A DNA stretch of 64,000 bases, from contig JACJWG010000015.1 in the NCBI GenBank assembly GCA_020637235.1, positions 2,557 through 66,556 on the forward strand, read 5' to 3'. The position numbers were made by a program, and so were the translations under genes. Numbering within the stretch: the first letter of the stretch is position 1; each line of letters starts with the position of its first letter. The stretch is from Acidimicrobiaceae bacterium. Lineage in GTDB: Bacteria > Actinomycetota > Acidimicrobiia > Acidimicrobiales > Ilumatobacteraceae. Shown here piece by piece: positions 40,655 to 49,623 of the stretch. Under the pieces are notes generated by a model. The model made no database searches, was not told the DNA's origin, and was given only the letters and a program-made list of their open reading frames with translations.

Positions 40655-41643
40655 GCCGATCCGACCGGGATGACGCGGATCGGGCGTGCGAGCAGCACCG
40701 CCATGCGCCCGAACACCACGAGCAGCACCGACCAGACGATGATGCGGATTGTGTGCGACGGCCCGGTCTCCGGGATCGTGCCGCCGGAGCCGGAGCCCGT
40801 TCCGGAGCTGCCGACCGAGAAGCCGCCGCTGGACGACGACGCTGCCGCCGCGCTCGCGACCTGCGTCGTCGAGGTCGTCGTGCTCCCGGCGACGCTGGTG
40901 CTGGTGGTGGAGCCGCCGGCCACCGTCGTCGACGTCGTCGTCGACCCACCGGCGACGGTCGTCGACGTCGTCGAGCTCGTGGACGTGGTGCTGGTGGTGC
41001 TCGACGTCGTACTGGTGGTCGTGGTGGTCGGAGCGATGGCGGCTGCGGTCCACGTGAACTTGGCCGGCCCGCCGGCGTCGGCATCCGGGGTGACGGTGAA
41101 CTGCATCTGCCAGTAGCGCTCGGTCGTGCCCGCCTTCGTGCAGGCGTAGCCGATCTTGTACGTGCCGGCCGTGAGCGCGTTGTCCGGGTACTGGGCGAAG
41201 TTCAGCTCGACGGTGCCGATGATCATGCCCTTGGGCTCGGTGCCGGTGAGCTTGTTCACCTGCGGTGTACCGCCGGTCGCGCTCAGCAGCGGGAAGGCCT
41301 TCGATCCTGCGGGCGCAATCGGTCCGCTCGCGTTGAACTTCAGCACGGCGACGTCGACGTCGTCGGACACCAAGAAGTTGTGCCAGCGATAGCCGTCGAC
41401 CGCCGAGTCGCCCGGACAGACGTTGTTCGGCGCGGCGAGCGCCAACGAGAACGGCGTGGAGCTGTTCCCGGACTCCACCGAGATCGACAGCCCCTCGGTC
41501 GCCGGAGCACCCGCGACGAGTGGTTCGGCCGATGCGCCGAACGCGCCGACGACGCTGATCGCGAGCATCGCTGCGGAGAGGACGGCACCGCCGCGCGCTG
41601 CAGCGAGCAACGCCCGTCGGCGGGCGAAGGAATTCGTGTTCAT
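40651..41643 (-). CDS. secreted surface protein: two-Cys N-domain + Thr/Ser stalk + IPETG sorting signal
   Basis: 330 aa with a signal peptide. Domain: NNVCPGDSAVDGYRWHNFL...GTYKIGYACTK...RYWQMQFTV. The C-terminus is IPETG + IIVWSVLLVVFGRMAVLLA + RPIR. Confidence 0.75.
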   Translation of the reverse strand: MNTNSFARRRALLAAARGGAVLSAAMLAISVVGAFGASAEPLVAGAPATEGLSISVESGNSSTPFSLALAAPNNVCPGDSAVDGYRWHNFLVSDDVDVAVLKFNASGPIAPAGSKAFPLLSATGGTPQVNKLTGTEPKGMIIGTVELNFAQYPDNALTAGTYKIGYACTKAGTTERYWQMQFTVTPDADAGGPAKFTWTAAAIAPTTTTTSTTSSTTSTTSTSSTTSTTVAGGSTTTSTTVAGGSTTSTSVAGSTTTSTTQVASAAAASSSSGGFSVGSSGTGSGSGGTIPETGPSHTIRIIVWSVLLVVFGRMAVLLARPIRVIPVGSA

Positions 41644-42419
41644 CGGAGTGCTCCTGCGCGAGACGATGTGGACGAAGGGGGGTTCTGTGAACGGCGGCGG
41701 ACCATCCACCAACCGCCGCCAAGGGCGATCGCCAGCGCCGCGGCCCCGGCGATGTAGGGCCAGCGGCGAGACTCGGGCTCGAGGGTCTGCGCCGCGATCG
41801 CGTCGGCGGGAGCATCGACAGCGGTCCAGGTGAACTGCGCCGGCTCGTCGTCGGGATCGGCCACGATCTCGATCTCGGCGTCCCAGTACCTGGCGGTCTG
41901 GCGGAAGTACGTGCACGCGACCCCGATGCGGTAGCGGCCTGGTGCCACCGCATCGGGTGGGAAGATGGTGAAGGTCAGCTCGGGCAGCAGTGGGATCCGC
42001 GCCTCCATGCCCGGGCCGGCGTTCACCGGCAGCAGCTGATGGGCGTACGGCTTGGTGTCGAAGGCGAAGAGGGGGAACTGCGTGCCCTCCGGGCCGATCA
42101 CGCCGTACTCGACCTGCCCCGGATCGTGCGACGCCGGGATCAGGAAGGTCTGCACGCGCCAGTCGTCGTTGGCGCTGTCGCCAGGACAGGTGGACCCTTC
42201 GGGCAGGACCAGCGTGTACGGCGTCGCACTCCCTCCGCTCGCGAGCGGAGTGCCGTCTGGTGCGGCGATCACGACCGACCCCTCGTCGACCGCTGGTCCC
42301 ACGTCCTCCGGCACGAGGCCCCCGGCCGCCGCCGCACTCGCGACTGCCAGACCACCGATCGTGCCGAGGATCGCGGAACGGCCCCACCGCCTGCGAGTTC
42401 GCATGATGTCACCGCTCAT
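41640..42419 (-). CDS. secreted/anchored protein with divergent two-Cys N-domain and C-terminal TM
   Basis: 259 aa. STCPGDSANDDWRVQTFL...GRYRIGVACT...RYWDAEIEI...AQFTWTAV, then WPYIAGAAALAIALGGGWWMVRRR. ATGA overlaps on both sides. Confidence 0.7.
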   Translation of the reverse strand: MSGDIMRTRRRWGRSAILGTIGGLAVASAAAAGGLVPEDVGPAVDEGSVVIAAPDGTPLASGGSATPYTLVLPEGSTCPGDSANDDWRVQTFLIPASHDPGQVEYGVIGPEGTQFPLFAFDTKPYAHQLLPVNAGPGMEARIPLLPELTFTIFPPDAVAPGRYRIGVACTYFRQTARYWDAEIEIVADPDDEPAQFTWTAVDAPADAIAAQTLEPESRRWPYIAGAAALAIALGGGWWMVRRRSQNPPSSTSSRAGALR

Positions 42420-45325
42420 GACCTGACTCCCGTGAGTTCGAGGACAACATCGTCTTCCTCCACATCGTCGAACAGGTCGTCGTCGTCCATCGGTGGTGCA
42501 GTCGCCTTCCGGGCACGTTTGGTGATCTCGAGCGCCACGTAGGCCGATGCGATGGCGAGCACCCCGATCAGGACGATCAGGTACCGGTTGAGGCTCAGCT
42601 TCATCCCTGGCGTGGTGGGGGTCGCGGCGATGGTGGTCGACGGCGGAACGGCGTCTGCCTCCGGCGTCGTGGTCGCCGTCGTCTCGTCGACGGTCGCGGT
42701 GTTCTCGGTCGGCTCCGCGGACGTCGGTGGCGCAGACTCGACCGTGGTCTCCTCGGTCACGGCGGAGGATGAGCCGGCTGACGAGCCCGAGCTCGAGCTG
42801 CTGCCGACCGAGGTCGGGCGAGCGGAGCTCGTGCCGCCGCTCGTGCCACCGGTGGCGGAGGTCGATGTGCTGCCATTGCTCGACACCCCCTGTCGGCGCG
42901 CGTTCGTCACGCCCGGCGACGCGCCGACGACGACCGTGGTGGTGCTGGCAGCCGTGGTGGTGGTTGCCGCCGGCTCGGCCGGCACGAGCGAACTCGGGTC
43001 CTTGATCAAGGCCACCGTGGCTGATGCGTTCGTCCGGAGCGCGGCCGGAAGCGGCACATAGCCGGCCGGCAGATCCCCGAAATCGAAGCCGGGGTTTTGA
43101 CCCGCGCCGGTCGCGAACTCGAGAAAGGCGGCGTACTGGCTGCGTGCAGTCGCGTCCAGTGACAGGGGCTTCACGGTTGCGTAGGTGATCATGGTCAACG
43201 GGTAGGCGCCGTCGACGAGCGCTGCGAAGTCGGGCTCGAGGACGGTGGCGACGGACTTCGGCTTCATCGCCGCCGCACCCTTGGTCAGCCCGGCGGCGTC
43301 CGGTGCGATGAACGTGCGCGCCGCACCATTGTCGCCGGCACGACTGAGCCGCGCCGTCTGCAGTCCGAACCGTGCCGCCGAGGCGGTGTCGGTCAACGTC
43401 ATGATGGCTCGCGAGCCCGGAGCCTGGGGCACGTCACGCTTCCAGACGTCGCTGGGCACGATCGCAAACGGATTGCTGACGATCTTCGCCTCGTCGTTGC
43501 CCATCCGCGTGCTCCGCGCGCCGTCGATCAAGCCCCGAGTGTTCGGCATCCAGTCGGTGCCACACAGAGGTGTGGGCGTGACCGATCCGCCCGGACCCAT
43601 GTTCGGTGCCTGGTAGCAGTACGGGTCGGCCTTGGGAAACGAATTGGGGATCGGCGAGCCGAAGGCAACACCGTTGGTGTTGGTCGAGGCGTCTGTCGAG
43701 TAGGCCGGATTGACGCGCATCCCGTACTCGTCCGGCTCGCCGGCGAGCCACCGCGCCGCCTCGGGATCGGAGAAGATCCATTCCCAGACGAGTTGTGCTG
43801 CATCGGAGGTGCCCGGCGGCAACAGCAGACCCCCGAGCAGCCTGCCGCTGGCCTGCAGCAGCTCGAACTCGGGGTTGAAGCGGAGGAAGTCGGGATCCCC
43901 GCCGAGCGCGACCGGATTTTCGGCGGCCCACTCGTAGCCGGGCGGCTGCTGATTCCCGACGGTGATCTGAGATCGATACGACTGGGTGAGCAGTTTCGCG
44001 ACGATGCGCGGCGTCAGGTTGATCGCCCCCACCCGCACCCCTCGGAGAGCTTGCGCCTCCGGGGGCGCGTTCGTCTTGGGGATGCGCTCGATGTTGAAAC
44101 CGATCGTGATGCCCGAGAGCGAGACCGGCGAGTACACCGCAGGGCTCTGCGCACTGCTCGATGCAGCGTTCAGCGGTCGCGACACGATCGCCATCCCCGG
44201 CCCGCCTGCCACCGACGACGAGATCTGCTGTCGAGCCGTCGCATCGGCGATGGTCGCGAACGAGTACGGCGGCAGGTCGCCCTGTGAGCACAACGCCGGT
44301 TGCCAGCTGGCGATCGCACTGATCGCCACCTCGGAGCCGACGATGCGCCGCTCCTCGGCACCGATCTCGCACGGCGAATCGACGGGCAAGAACTCGAGCG
44401 GGATCGCGATGCGGTTCTTCCATGCCGCCGGGGTGAGCGGCGACGAGTACACACCGAACGAGTCCGCCTCGTCCTCGAAGTTGCCCATGCCCTCGTTCTC
44501 GTCCTCGGGCTCTCCTCTCGGCACGATCACCAGCCAGCACTTCGGCACCTTCTTCGTACCGTCGCCCACGGGCTGCACCTGCTGACCGCAGCCGAGCCCG
44601 GACGACTCACGCCCGGTGTTCACCTGGAACAGCTCGCTGCCCCGACCGTCCGAGCCGGTTCTCGCTGCGGCGATCTCGTTGGTCTTGACGATGTCGTAGT
44701 ACGGGTTGAGCCAGAAGTTGCCGCCCTGCACCGCCGGGTTGAACGTCGGGTCGTCCTGCACCTCGATCACCTGACCGTTGACCGCTCGGAAGGGCATCCA
44801 GATGTTGCTCGTGCGTGGGTCGACGACGCCGATGTCCTTCAGCTCGTCACCGTTCGGCAGGGTGGTTTTGCTGATGATGCGGTACAGCGAGAACCCGTTC
44901 GGATACGTGGTGCCGAACACACCGCCAGGCTGGCCCGCCGTCGCTCCTTGCTGGCACTGCTCGGGCGGCGGCCCAGGGTTGGACGCGACGGTCCCGTCGT
45001 CGTCGCCCCAGCACTGGAACATCTGGAGGTAGTGCGCGCCGAAGTCACCCGGGCCTTGCCGGGTCTCGGTGCCTCCCTTCCACGACACGGACACCGCTTG
45101 GTTGGCGAGGTTCCGCGTCTGGTTGACGGTGATGGTGAGATCGTCGAACGTGCCTCGGCCCTTCACGGTGACCGCCGAGTCGGTCAGCGGGAGATCGGTG
45201 TCCGTGCCCGCAGACCCGGCGACGGGTTCGGCCGAGCTCGAGCCTCCCGGCGACAGCAGGGTGACGGCGAGCAGGACCGCGGGACCGATGAGCAGCCACG
45301 CACCTCGGATCGTGCTCCGCCTCAT
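42416..45325 (-). CDS. 969-aa secreted protein: novel N-terminal half + PstS-fold (PBP-like) C-terminal half + Ser/Thr stalk + TM + acidic tail
   Basis: The ATG at 45325 overlaps the pstS stop (ATGA). Signal MRRSTIRGAWLLIGPAVLLAVTLL. PBP-like stretch RIVGSEVAISAIASWQ ... AYPLTMITYATV ... GDLPAGYVPLP. C-terminal YLIVLIGVLAIASAYVAL, then DDDDLFDDVEEDD. Confidence 0.7.
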   Translation of the reverse strand: MRRSTIRGAWLLIGPAVLLAVTLLSPGGSSSAEPVAGSAGTDTDLPLTDSAVTVKGRGTFDDLTITVNQTRNLANQAVSVSWKGGTETRQGPGDFGAHYLQMFQCWGDDDGTVASNPGPPPEQCQQGATAGQPGGVFGTTYPNGFSLYRIISKTTLPNGDELKDIGVVDPRTSNIWMPFRAVNGQVIEVQDDPTFNPAVQGGNFWLNPYYDIVKTNEIAAARTGSDGRGSELFQVNTGRESSGLGCGQQVQPVGDGTKKVPKCWLVIVPRGEPEDENEGMGNFEDEADSFGVYSSPLTPAAWKNRIAIPLEFLPVDSPCEIGAEERRIVGSEVAISAIASWQPALCSQGDLPPYSFATIADATARQQISSSVAGGPGMAIVSRPLNAASSSAQSPAVYSPVSLSGITIGFNIERIPKTNAPPEAQALRGVRVGAINLTPRIVAKLLTQSYRSQITVGNQQPPGYEWAAENPVALGGDPDFLRFNPEFELLQASGRLLGGLLLPPGTSDAAQLVWEWIFSDPEAARWLAGEPDEYGMRVNPAYSTDASTNTNGVAFGSPIPNSFPKADPYCYQAPNMGPGGSVTPTPLCGTDWMPNTRGLIDGARSTRMGNDEAKIVSNPFAIVPSDVWKRDVPQAPGSRAIMTLTDTASAARFGLQTARLSRAGDNGAARTFIAPDAAGLTKGAAAMKPKSVATVLEPDFAALVDGAYPLTMITYATVKPLSLDATARSQYAAFLEFATGAGQNPGFDFGDLPAGYVPLPAALRTNASATVALIKDPSSLVPAEPAATTTTAASTTTVVVGASPGVTNARRQGVSSNGSTSTSATGGTSGGTSSARPTSVGSSSSSGSSAGSSSAVTEETTVESAPPTSAEPTENTATVDETTATTTPEADAVPPSTTIAATPTTPGMKLSLNRYLIVLIGVLAIASAYVALEITKRARKATAPPMDDDDLFDDVEEDDVVLELTGVRS

Positions 45326-47295
45326 GTCGGATGCTCCACGGCGAAGTAGCGCCACGCCATGGCAGGGACCACGACCACCGCCATCATCAGCAGCACGATC
45401 AGCACGATCAGCGCCAGTGAGCCGTTCCAACCCGACCCGTTCCGAAGTGTCGCGGTCACCACCGGCCCAGCGGACGCGACCTGAGCTGCGTTCGCAGCCT
45501 GCTGGCCCACCTGCGCACTGGCGCCACCGCAGAGTCCTGTGTCCGGGTCGCATGTCGTCGGGTCGATCACACCGCCGGCGGTGAGCGTGGGATCGACCAC
45601 GGGCGCCCCAGTGACCGCATCGACCGGTGCGCCGCTCGCGTCGAGCACCGTGTTCACCGTGGCGCCGCCAGCAGTCGGGGTCGCGCCGCCGGCAGTCGGG
45701 GTCGCACCGCCAGCAGTCGGCGTCGCACCGCCAGCAGTCGGCGTCGCACCGCCAGCAGTCGGCGTCGCACCGCCAGCAGTCGGCGTCGCACCGCCAGCAG
45801 TCGGCGTCGCACCGCCAGCAGTCGGCGTCGCGGCCCCACCGGCCGCCGGTGACGATGCTCCGCCAGCCGGATTGGCGCTGCTCGCCACCGATCCGCTTCC
45901 GGCTGCCGGCGCGGCTGCCTGTGCACTGGGGTTCACCGCTGTCGGGACGTTCGCCAACCCGGCGGTGCCGTTCGGGCACTGCAGTGGGCCCTGCTTGTCG
46001 CAGGCCTGCGGCTGTGGTGCACGTTCGGCGAGCAGGTTGCCGCCATCGGGTGAGAACGTCGGGTTCTTGCACTGCGTGATGTCGATGTCCTGCACCTGGA
46101 CCCCAGGGATCTTGCGGATCTGCTCGAAACTGGCCTCCACGAGGTTCACCGGCATCGGCGAATAGCCGAGTGATGCCGACGACTGCTGTGCCTGACACAT
46201 CGCGTAGTACGCGAAGTCGCCGAGTGTTCGCCCCTTCGCCTCGTTGAACTGGCCACCGACCTTCGTCGGCAGGATCAGGTACGAGTACGACGACAGCTGG
46301 TAGCTGCGGGGATCGGTGTCGGTGTAGACGCCGGAGAGGTCCTGCGTCAGATACGTCTGCGGATTGCTCTCGTTGGTGTTGATCTTCGCCTTCAGCAACG
46401 ACACGGCGACGTTCTCCGGAGTGGGCTCCACGTAGTAGCCGGCAGCGTTGAGCAGCTTCACCACCGGGAACTGAGTGCCGAGCGCGTACGAGTAGTTCAC
46501 GTATCCGATCGCACCCTCGGCGAAGCTCTGGCTCACGTATTGCGACACGCCGACATCGCCCGATTGGGAGATCATCCCGCTGATCGTCGGGTAGAACGAC
46601 GTCGGGCCGCACGCCGGCGCCCGCCCCGAACGCTCGCAGAAGCTCTGCCAGACGGCTGGGTGGCGGTCGATCATCCACATCGTGAGTTGCTGTGTCGAAC
46701 CGGAGCCCTCCGCTCGTACCACCGGCACGATGTTGCGCGCCGGCATGTTCAGGCCAGGGTTGTCCGCTTGAATCGCCGGGTCGTTCCACGTCTTGATCGC
46801 GCCTGTGAAGATCTTCGCGATGTTCTCGCCCGAGAGGCGCAGGTTCGTCACCTGCGCGCCGTTGATCCGGAGGTTGTACATGAATGCTGTGCCGCCGGCG
46901 GTGATCGGCATGTACGCGTAGCTTCCGGGAGCCGGCCGCTCGGGTGCGGAGCCGTCCTCCGGTTCGAACTGGAACGGGATGTCGGATGCTGCGAAATCGA
47001 CCGTGCCGTTGAGGAAGTTCTTGCGGCCGGCGGTGGAGCCCGTGGGGTTGTAGTCGATGGTGATGCCGAACTGCTGCACGTTGACACGCATTGCGTCGAT
47101 GGCGTTCGCCGACCACGAGGATCCCTCGCCGGAGATGCGTTGGTACTCCTGGGCGACGGCGGCGGGCGTCGATGCCGAAGCGACGCACAACGATGCGATC
47201 AACAGGCTCCACACACCGATCGCAGCCGACGCGAGGCTGCGCGAGCGCCGCGGCCGGACGCGGGGACCCGCCGGAGAGTCGGTCGAGGGATTCAC
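45322..47295 (-). CDS. pstS: PstS-family phosphate-binding protein with (GGATPTA)8 stalk and C-terminal TM anchor
   Basis: GTG at 47295 with a GAGGAAG RBS. ISGEGSSWSANAIDAM, GSTAGRKNFLNGTVDFAASDIP, RAEGSGSTQQ and SYSYLILP match actinobacterial PstS. The protein is 657 aa because of the repeat stalk and the TM segment LALIVLIVLLMMAVVVVPAMAW. Confidence 0.8.
   Translation of the reverse strand: MNPSTDSPAGPRVRPRRSRSLASAAIGVWSLLIASLCVASASTPAAVAQEYQRISGEGSSWSANAIDAMRVNVQQFGITIDYNPTGSTAGRKNFLNGTVDFAASDIPFQFEPEDGSAPERPAPGSYAYMPITAGGTAFMYNLRINGAQVTNLRLSGENIAKIFTGAIKTWNDPAIQADNPGLNMPARNIVPVVRAEGSGSTQQLTMWMIDRHPAVWQSFCERSGRAPACGPTSFYPTISGMISQSGDVGVSQYVSQSFAEGAIGYVNYSYALGTQFPVVKLLNAAGYYVEPTPENVAVSLLKAKINTNESNPQTYLTQDLSGVYTDTDPRSYQLSSYSYLILPTKVGGQFNEAKGRTLGDFAYYAMCQAQQSSASLGYSPMPVNLVEASFEQIRKIPGVQVQDIDITQCKNPTFSPDGGNLLAERAPQPQACDKQGPLQCPNGTAGLANVPTAVNPSAQAAAPAAGSGSVASSANPAGGASSPAAGGAATPTAGGATPTAGGATPTAGGATPTAGGATPTAGGATPTAGGATPTAGGATPTAGGATVNTVLDASGAPVDAVTGAPVVDPTLTAGGVIDPTTCDPDTGLCGGASAQVGQQAANAAQVASAGPVVTATLRNGSGWNGSLALIVLIVLLMMAVVVVPAMAWRYFAVEHPT
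45659..45826 (-). repeat. eight tandem 21-nt units (GTCGCACCGCCAGCAGTCGGC) encoding GGATPTA repeats
   Basis: Read directly. Six units are identical and the first two are slightly diverged. Confidence 0.9.
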
Positions 47296-47299
47296 GTCG

Positions 47300-48601
47300 T
47301 CACTTCCTCTGCAAGATGGCGGGGAGACGCCCGGCTCGCTCGCCGAGCTGTGGTGCCTCGGGCACCGACTCGGGCTCGATGCGGGCGAGGTCGGCCAGCG
47401 ACTGCGCCGCAGCCCGGCGAGCTTGACGCGTCGACTGGCGGCCTGCCGGCCGGCCGCCGAGCACGCGGGCGATCGTGAACAGCACGAGCACCATCACCAT
47501 GAGCACCGAGGCCGCCCCGAAGCCGCGAGCGATCTGGTTCGGTTCGGGTGAGCTGACGAGTTTGAACGCCGTCACCGGCAGCGACGCCATCGGGTTGTTG
47601 GTCGGATCGAGGTTGAGCGAGGTGGCGTACCCAGAGGTCAACAGCACCGGAGCCGTCTCGCCGATGCCTCTGGCCACCCCGAGGATCACCGAGGTCGTCA
47701 GACCGGATCGTGCCGTCGGGAGGACCACGTGCCAGACGGTCCGCCACCGCGGTGCGCCGAGGGCGGCAGCAGCCTCCCGCAGGCTGCCGGGCACCAGCCG
47801 CAGCACCACGTCCGCCGAGCGGATGATGATCGGCAGCATCATGATCGAGATCGAGATCGATGCTGCGAGACCGCTTCGTGGGAAGCCCAGCACGAGCACC
47901 CAGGTGGCGAAGATGAACAGACCTGCGACGATCGACGGCAGCGCGGTCATCGCTGTCACGATCGTGCGGACCGCATTCACCGCGCGGCTCTTGCTCTCGG
48001 TCAGGAACACCGCGCACGTGACCGCCAGCGGCACGGTGAGCACGAGGCTGATCGCTGTCATGATCAGCGTTCCGACGATCGCGTGCAGCACGCCGCCACT
48101 CGTCAACGGTTGTTCCGGACCGGTGACGCGGAGGTCCTCGGTGTAGAAGTTGAGGTGACGCAACGCGGTCCAGCCGCGCTTGAACGTGAAGAAGATCACC
48201 GAGCCGAGCGCCACGAGCGCGACGGCAGCGGCAGCCGTCAGGAGCACCGTCATCACCCGGTCGATCACTGCAGGTCGCGACTCGGTGAACGACGACATCA
48301 CGGCATACGTGACGACGAAGAGGACGAACGCGGTGACTGCGAACCCGAGACGACCGTGCAGCGGCGTGAGACGGCCGAAGATCAGCGCCGCCATGCAGAT
48401 GCTGCTGAGACCGACACCAGCCAACATCTGCGCGTCGCGCTTCGAGAACGACGAGATCGATCGCGGCACCGCCACTCCGCGGGGCGGCGAGTCACGCAGA
48501 GGCAACGAGGTCCTGCGCTGCGCTCGCGCGGACGGAGCCAGGACTGCGGCGGCGGGCGCCGGAGAGGTCTCGACCTCCCCTGACCAGACGGTGGAGGTCA
48601 T
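47300..48601 (-). CDS. pstA: phosphate ABC transporter permease PstA (long N-terminal extension)
   Basis: 433 aa. GGVLHAIVGTLIMTAISLVLTVPLAV, TALPSIVAGLFIF, GIGETAPVLLTSG. The ATG overlaps the pstC stop (ATGA). Confidence 0.85.
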   Translation of the reverse strand: MTSTVWSGEVETSPAPAAAVLAPSARAQRRTSLPLRDSPPRGVAVPRSISSFSKRDAQMLAGVGLSSICMAALIFGRLTPLHGRLGFAVTAFVLFVVTYAVMSSFTESRPAVIDRVMTVLLTAAAAVALVALGSVIFFTFKRGWTALRHLNFYTEDLRVTGPEQPLTSGGVLHAIVGTLIMTAISLVLTVPLAVTCAVFLTESKSRAVNAVRTIVTAMTALPSIVAGLFIFATWVLVLGFPRSGLAASISISIMMLPIIIRSADVVLRLVPGSLREAAAALGAPRWRTVWHVVLPTARSGLTTSVILGVARGIGETAPVLLTSGYATSLNLDPTNNPMASLPVTAFKLVSSPEPNQIARGFGAASVLMVMVLVLFTIARVLGGRPAGRQSTRQARRAAAQSLADLARIEPESVPEAPQLGERAGRLPAILQRK

Positions 48602-49623
48602 GCTTCGCTGTCCGCTCCGGAACGAGAACGTGCGACGAACCACGACGCCGTGAAGTTGACCACCAACGTGATGAGGAACAGCGACAGTCCGGCCGAGAAC
48701 AGCGCTGACAGACCGAAGTCCGACGCCTCCGCATAGCGAAGCGCGATCAGCGCGGACACCGAGTTGCTCCCCGACTCGAGCACGTGGAACGAGATGTCGA
48801 ACCGAGAGGAGATGATCATGTAGACCGCGATCGTCTCGCCGAGCGCCCGGCCGAGGCCGAGCATGGTGCCGCCGATGATGCCACCGCGGCCGAACGGCAA
48901 GGTGACCACTCGGATCATGCCCCACCGGGTTGCTCCAAGTGCGAACGCACCCTCGCGCTCACCTGGCGGCACCTGCGAGAACACCTCGCGCATCACGACG
49001 CACTGGATGGGCATCACCATCATGGCGACGACGACACCGGCGACGAACGTGGACGCCGTGTACACCGTGGCGTTCGACAGCGGATTGCCCGGGTCGGCAC
49101 CATCGACCGAGAACAGCGGAATCCAGCCGAACCAGGTGTTGATCCATCGTGACAGACCGATCACCTGTCCCTGCATCAAGAACGCGCCCCAGAGGCCGTA
49201 GACCACGCTCGGCACCGCTGCCATGAGGTCGACGAGCGAGACGAGCCACGACTTGACGCGCCTCGGTGCGATCTCCACGATGAACAGCGCCGTCGCCATC
49301 GAGATCGGGAAGGCGATCGCCACTGCCACGAGCGCGATGAGCACCGTGAAGGTGAGCACGGCCTTGATCCCGAACTCACCGCGGTCCGGCTCCCACACCG
49401 ACGTGGTGAGGAACGAGAACCCGACCCTTCCGAGGGCATCGGTCGACTCGAGCGTGAGGAAGAAGCCGACCGCACCCATGATCGCGAGCACGGCAACGCC
49501 ACTGAGGAACGTGACCCGCGTGAACACCTTGTCGCTGCGACCTTGCCGGCCTGCGAACGGCCGCGGTTCGGGTTCGCCCACGCGCTCCTGGGGCGGCAGG
49601 ACGGTGCGGAGTTCGGCGGTCAT
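48598..49623 (-). CDS. pstC: phosphate ABC transporter permease PstC
   Basis: 341 aa. AVPSVVYGLWGAF, REGAFALGATRWGMI, LGRALGETIAVYM. The ATG overlaps the upstream stop (ATGA). Confidence 0.85.
   Translation of the reverse strand: MTAELRTVLPPQERVGEPEPRPFAGRQGRSDKVFTRVTFLSGVAVLAIMGAVGFFLTLESTDALGRVGFSFLTTSVWEPDRGEFGIKAVLTFTVLIALVAVAIAFPISMATALFIVEIAPRRVKSWLVSLVDLMAAVPSVVYGLWGAFLMQGQVIGLSRWINTWFGWIPLFSVDGADPGNPLSNATVYTASTFVAGVVVAMMVMPIQCVVMREVFSQVPPGEREGAFALGATRWGMIRVVTLPFGRGGIIGGTMLGLGRALGETIAVYMIISSRFDISFHVLESGSNSVSALIALRYAEASDFGLSALFSAGLSLFLITLVVNFTASWFVARSRSGADSEA

Noticed and set aside
45659-45826. Tandem repeats (also 24257-24345, 50170-50313, 27140-27199) as possible CRISPR arrays
   Set aside because: The units are directly adjacent with no spacers, are 9-21 nt long, and three of the four lie in frame inside protein genes. 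No cas genes are in the window.
42416-47212. Single 1598-aa giant ORF spanning the pstS-like gene and the 969-aa protein
   Set aside because: The first 629 codons are an out-of-frame read of the pstS-like gene and are Arg-rich nonsense. A signal peptide with an ATG at 45325 overlaps the pstS stop (ATGA). Real coding begins there.
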